DNA from: Acetatifactor sp.
GTDB lineage: Bacteria > Bacillota > Clostridia > Lachnospirales > Lachnospiraceae
Reading direction: 5' to 3'
NCBI GenBank assembly: GCA_022511465.1
Contig: JAFLRM010000002.1
Location: forward strand, 23,845-87,844
DNA: 64,000 nt
Below, one piece after another: positions 61,316-64,000 of this stretch. The position numbers and the translations under genes are program-made. The notes below the pieces were generated by a model, which saw only the letters and a program-made list of their open reading frames with translations, made no database searches and had not been told where the DNA came from. The first letter of the stretch is position 1. The number at the start of each line of letters is the position of its first letter.

Positions 61316-62044
61316 TCACTCGTCCCAGTTATGATATACCGCCTGTACATCATCGTCGTCCTCCAAAAGATCCAGAGTTTTCTGCAAATTCTTTACGGCA
61401 GTTTCGTCCGTCAAAGTCACATAATTCTGTGGGATCATGGTGACCTCAGCACTCATCATGGGAACATTTGCATCCTCCAAAGCCTTGCGGACAGGCTCCA
61501 GACTGTCGGGATCGGTCAGCACCTCAAAACTGTCCTCCTCCTCGGCAAAATCCTCCGCGCCGGCATCAAGCGCCATCATCATCAGATCGTCGGCTTCCAT
61601 GTCACACTCTTCCTTATCCACAATGATCTGCCCTCTCTTATCAAACATAAAAGAAACACAGCCGGGAGTGCCCACGTTGCCCTGTCCCTTGGTGAAAGCG
61701 CTTCTCACGTTTGCTGCGGTACGATTCTTATTGTCGGTCAGTGCATCCACGATGATAGCGATGCCGTTAGGACCATATCCCTCGTATGTAACATACTCGT
61801 AGTTTACATTGCCCACGTCACCGGCAGCCTTCTTGATGCCGCGCTCAATGGTGTCGTTTGGCATGTTGTTGGCCTTGGCCTTTGCGATCACGGTCGCCAG
61901 CTTAAAGTTATTGCTCGGGTCGGGGCCGCCCTCTTTCACGGCAACAGCGATCTCTCGCCCGATAATGGTAAAGATCTTGCCCTTTGCGGCATCGTTCTTT
62001 TCCTTTTTATGCTTAATGTTTGCAAATTTTGAATGTCCAGACAT
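61316..62044 (-). CDS. yebC: YebC/PmpR family protein
   Basis: [41 protein letters not shown]. Confidence 0.96.
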   Translation of the reverse strand: MSGHSKFANIKHKKEKNDAAKGKIFTIIGREIAVAVKEGGPDPSNNFKLATVIAKAKANNMPNDTIERGIKKAAGDVGNVNYEYVTYEGYGPNGIAIIVDALTDNKNRTAANVRSAFTKGQGNVGTPGCVSFMFDKRGQIIVDKEECDMEADDLMMMALDAGAEDFAEEEDSFEVLTDPDSLEPVRKALEDANVPMMSAEVTMIPQNYVTLTDETAVKNLQKTLDLLEDDDDVQAVYHNWDE

Positions 62045-62106
62045 AACCTTACTCCTTTTATGTTATCTTTTTTAGTATCTCATCGACATTTCATTTCATC
62101 ATAGCA

Positions 62107-63519
62107 TTAATTACCATTTTCTTCAAGCGTGGAATCCCCTGATACACTCTCCCCGTCCGCAGCTCCCGCTTCAGACTCCGGCAATCTGGTCAAAAGCACG
62201 CTGGTGATCATCTTATTCTCCACGGAGAGAATCTTAAAATTATAGCCCTCATGATCCACATCAAACTCCTCATCCGGCTCCGGTATACGATCCAGCTTGG
62301 AGATCAGGTAACCGTTCAGGGTCTCAAAGTCCTCGTTGTCAAAATGTATCTGGAAGCGTTCCTCCAATTCCTCCAACGGCATCTTTCCTTCGATGACATA
62401 CTCGTCCTCGCTCTTCTCCTCGATGTAATCCTTGTCCTCGTCATACTCGTCCTGAATATTGCCGACGATCTCCTCCAAAATATCCTCCATGGCCAAAAGT
62501 CCGTCCGTCTGACCATATTCATCCACCACGATGACCATCTGCAGCTTATCCCGCTGCATCTCCCGGAAAAGCTCGTCAATGTTTTTGGTCTGCGGGACAA
62601 AATGAGGCTCCCTGAGAAGCTCCGGCAGATCTTTCACCGGACACTCCAGCTTCTCCTCCCATTGATAAAAACGCATGGCATCTTTCAAATGCAGAATACC
62701 CATGATATGGTCAATATTTTCCTCATAGACGGGGTACCTACTGTTCTGTCCTTCCAGCATAAGGGGGATCGCATCCCGCAGCCTGGTGGCACCATCGATG
62801 GCCACAATGTTGCTGCGATGCGTCATGATATCCTGCGCTTCTTTATCACCCAACTCAAAAATATTGGAGATCATCTTCGCCTCACTGGCCTCAATGACAC
62901 CCTGCTCGTGACCCTCGTTGACCATCTCAATGATCTCCTCCTCGGTCACATCATTCTCATCCTCTTTCCCTCTGGCACCGAACAGGAACATGATCCCTCC
63001 GACAGTGGCCTTCACCAGTCCATTCATGGGAGAAAGGATCCTGGTGATCACATAGATGGGAGTGACAGAAAAATACGCCCATCTCTCCGGCACCCTAGCC
63101 GCAATGCGCTTGGGCAGGAGAACTCCGAAAGTCAGGAGTATGTAGAGCAAGGCAAGTAAAGCCACCACCGTCACTACTCCCGCGATCAATCCCGCGGGAA
63201 GTCTGTCCAGATCCGGAGCATATTTCCGCATCAGGTCAAACAATTTCTCTATAATACCGACCCAAAAGCCCAGAAAGAACGCTCCCACTATCATATGAAC
63301 CAGTGTGACAACCAGCTGGATTGTGTTGTCATACAAAGCGGGATCGTCTATCAGACGCATCAGGCGCATGGATTTCTTATCCTTCTCTTCTCCGGCTCTG
63401 CGCTCCACCTCTTTCTCATTTAAATTGTTAAGCGCAGCGTGAAATCCATAAAAAAATACGTCGATCAAAATCAATACAAAAAACAAAAGTATACTGGCAG
63501 TAGGCCCACCATCGTCCAT
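62107..63519 (-). CDS. CNNM/DUF21-CBS-CorC (HlyC family) Mg/Co transport protein
   Basis: N-terminal TMs, GVLLPKRIA, DIMTHR, SRYPVY, VVDEYG...G...EDILEEIVGNI.DEYD, CorC tail. Confidence 0.92.
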   Translation of the reverse strand: MDDGGPTASILLFFVLILIDVFFYGFHAALNNLNEKEVERRAGEEKDKKSMRLMRLIDDPALYDNTIQLVVTLVHMIVGAFFLGFWVGIIEKLFDLMRKYAPDLDRLPAGLIAGVVTVVALLALLYILLTFGVLLPKRIAARVPERWAYFSVTPIYVITRILSPMNGLVKATVGGIMFLFGARGKEDENDVTEEEIIEMVNEGHEQGVIEASEAKMISNIFELGDKEAQDIMTHRSNIVAIDGATRLRDAIPLMLEGQNSRYPVYEENIDHIMGILHLKDAMRFYQWEEKLECPVKDLPELLREPHFVPQTKNIDELFREMQRDKLQMVIVVDEYGQTDGLLAMEDILEEIVGNIQDEYDEDKDYIEEKSEDEYVIEGKMPLEELEERFQIHFDNEDFETLNGYLISKLDRIPEPDEEFDVDHEGYNFKILSVENKMITSVLLTRLPESEAGAADGESVSGDSTLEENGN

Positions 63520-63565
63520 GCAAATTTCCTCTCTTTAGCAAGTTATATTTATACAATTTTCCCTA

Positions 63566-63594
63566 AATATACCATTTCTGCCCCTTTTCGTCAA
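63566..63594 (-). promoter_or_regulatory. Sigma-A promoter for CNNM gene
   Basis: TTGACG-N17-TATATT with TG extension. Confidence 0.7.
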
Positions 63595-63616
63595 GAACGT
63601 AGCACGAAACCTGCCG

Positions 63617-63958
63617 CTATGTATCCAGCTCCAGACTGATCATCAGGGCATGATCTACTTTGCGCATGATCTCTCCGTCCAAATGACATACTTTATCCTT
63701 AAGCCTTTTCTTGTCTATAGTGCGCAGCTGTTCCAGAAGCACCACGGAATCCTTATCCATGTCGTAGAGCGAGGAACTCAGTTCAATATGCGTAGGCAGC
63801 TTCGCCTTGTTCATCTTTGAGGTAATGGCTGCGCAGATCACGGTGGGACTATGTCTGTTGCCCACATCATTCTGCACGATGAGGACCGGGCGGATCCCTC
63901 CCTGCTCCGAGCCCACCACCGGACGCAGATCTGCATAATATACATCTCCTCTTCTCAT
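63617..63958 (-). CDS. ndoA: MazF/PemK (EndoA-type) endoribonuclease toxin
   Basis: [55 protein letters not shown]. Confidence 0.93.
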   Translation of the reverse strand: MRRGDVYYADLRPVVGSEQGGIRPVLIVQNDVGNRHSPTVICAAITSKMNKAKLPTHIELSSSLYDMDKDSVVLLEQLRTIDKKRLKDKVCHLDGEIMRKVDHALMISLELDT

Positions 63959-64000
63959 TTCTCCTCCATTCCGCCGTCCGTGTGTTTCTCTTTTCGGACG

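Noticed and set aside
62107-63519. Hemolysin
   Set aside because: Domain layout is CNNM-CBS-CorC (metal transport). The hemolysin label is a legacy annotation.
63617-64000. MazF as an orphan toxin
   Set aside because: Only 42 bp of upstream sequence is visible. One frame ends in a TGA overlapping the toxin ATG, so an antitoxin may lie just outside the window.
1-64000. CRISPR array, IS/transposase, prophage, tRNA/rRNA, T-box
   Set aside because: No spaced repeats, transposase or phage motifs, or structural RNA signatures seen. Intergenic gaps before gltX, proB and trpB2 are too short for T-boxes.

Overview
A 64 kb, gene-dense chromosomal segment, almost all on the minus strand, from a spore-forming clostridial gut bacterium. 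The Lachnospiraceae-like assignment is inferred from gene content and sporulation genes. It is mostly housekeeping (tgt, aroC, gltX, proBA, ybeY/phoH, pdp, nth, rlmH, nfnAB, folD-fhs, ftsK, yebC) interleaved with sporulation genes (bofC-like, spoVB-like, yqfCD, yaaH, tepA), a two-component/ABC module and a MazF-family toxin at the right edge. I see no CRISPR array, IS, prophage, tRNA or rRNA. The strongest non-routine signals are: (1) a c-di-GMP-I riboswitch with promoter and terminator upstream of a diguanylate cyclase lacking the RxxD I-site, suggesting RNA-level feedback; (2) a lipoprotein / lipid-anchored serpin (P1 Arg) / serine hydrolase operon behind an ECF-sigma-type promoter; (3) a GlgX-like GH13 that lost all three catalytic residues, coupled to an intact HD-type protein; (4) a PgpH-like membrane HD protein with a broken HD motif; (5) a ppa gene broken by an apparent 8-bp microhomology deletion; (6) an SbcCD-like pair whose ATPase has a transmembrane hairpin. 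All calls come from motif recognition by eye; no database search was run. Whether any is truly undescribed needs homology searches.
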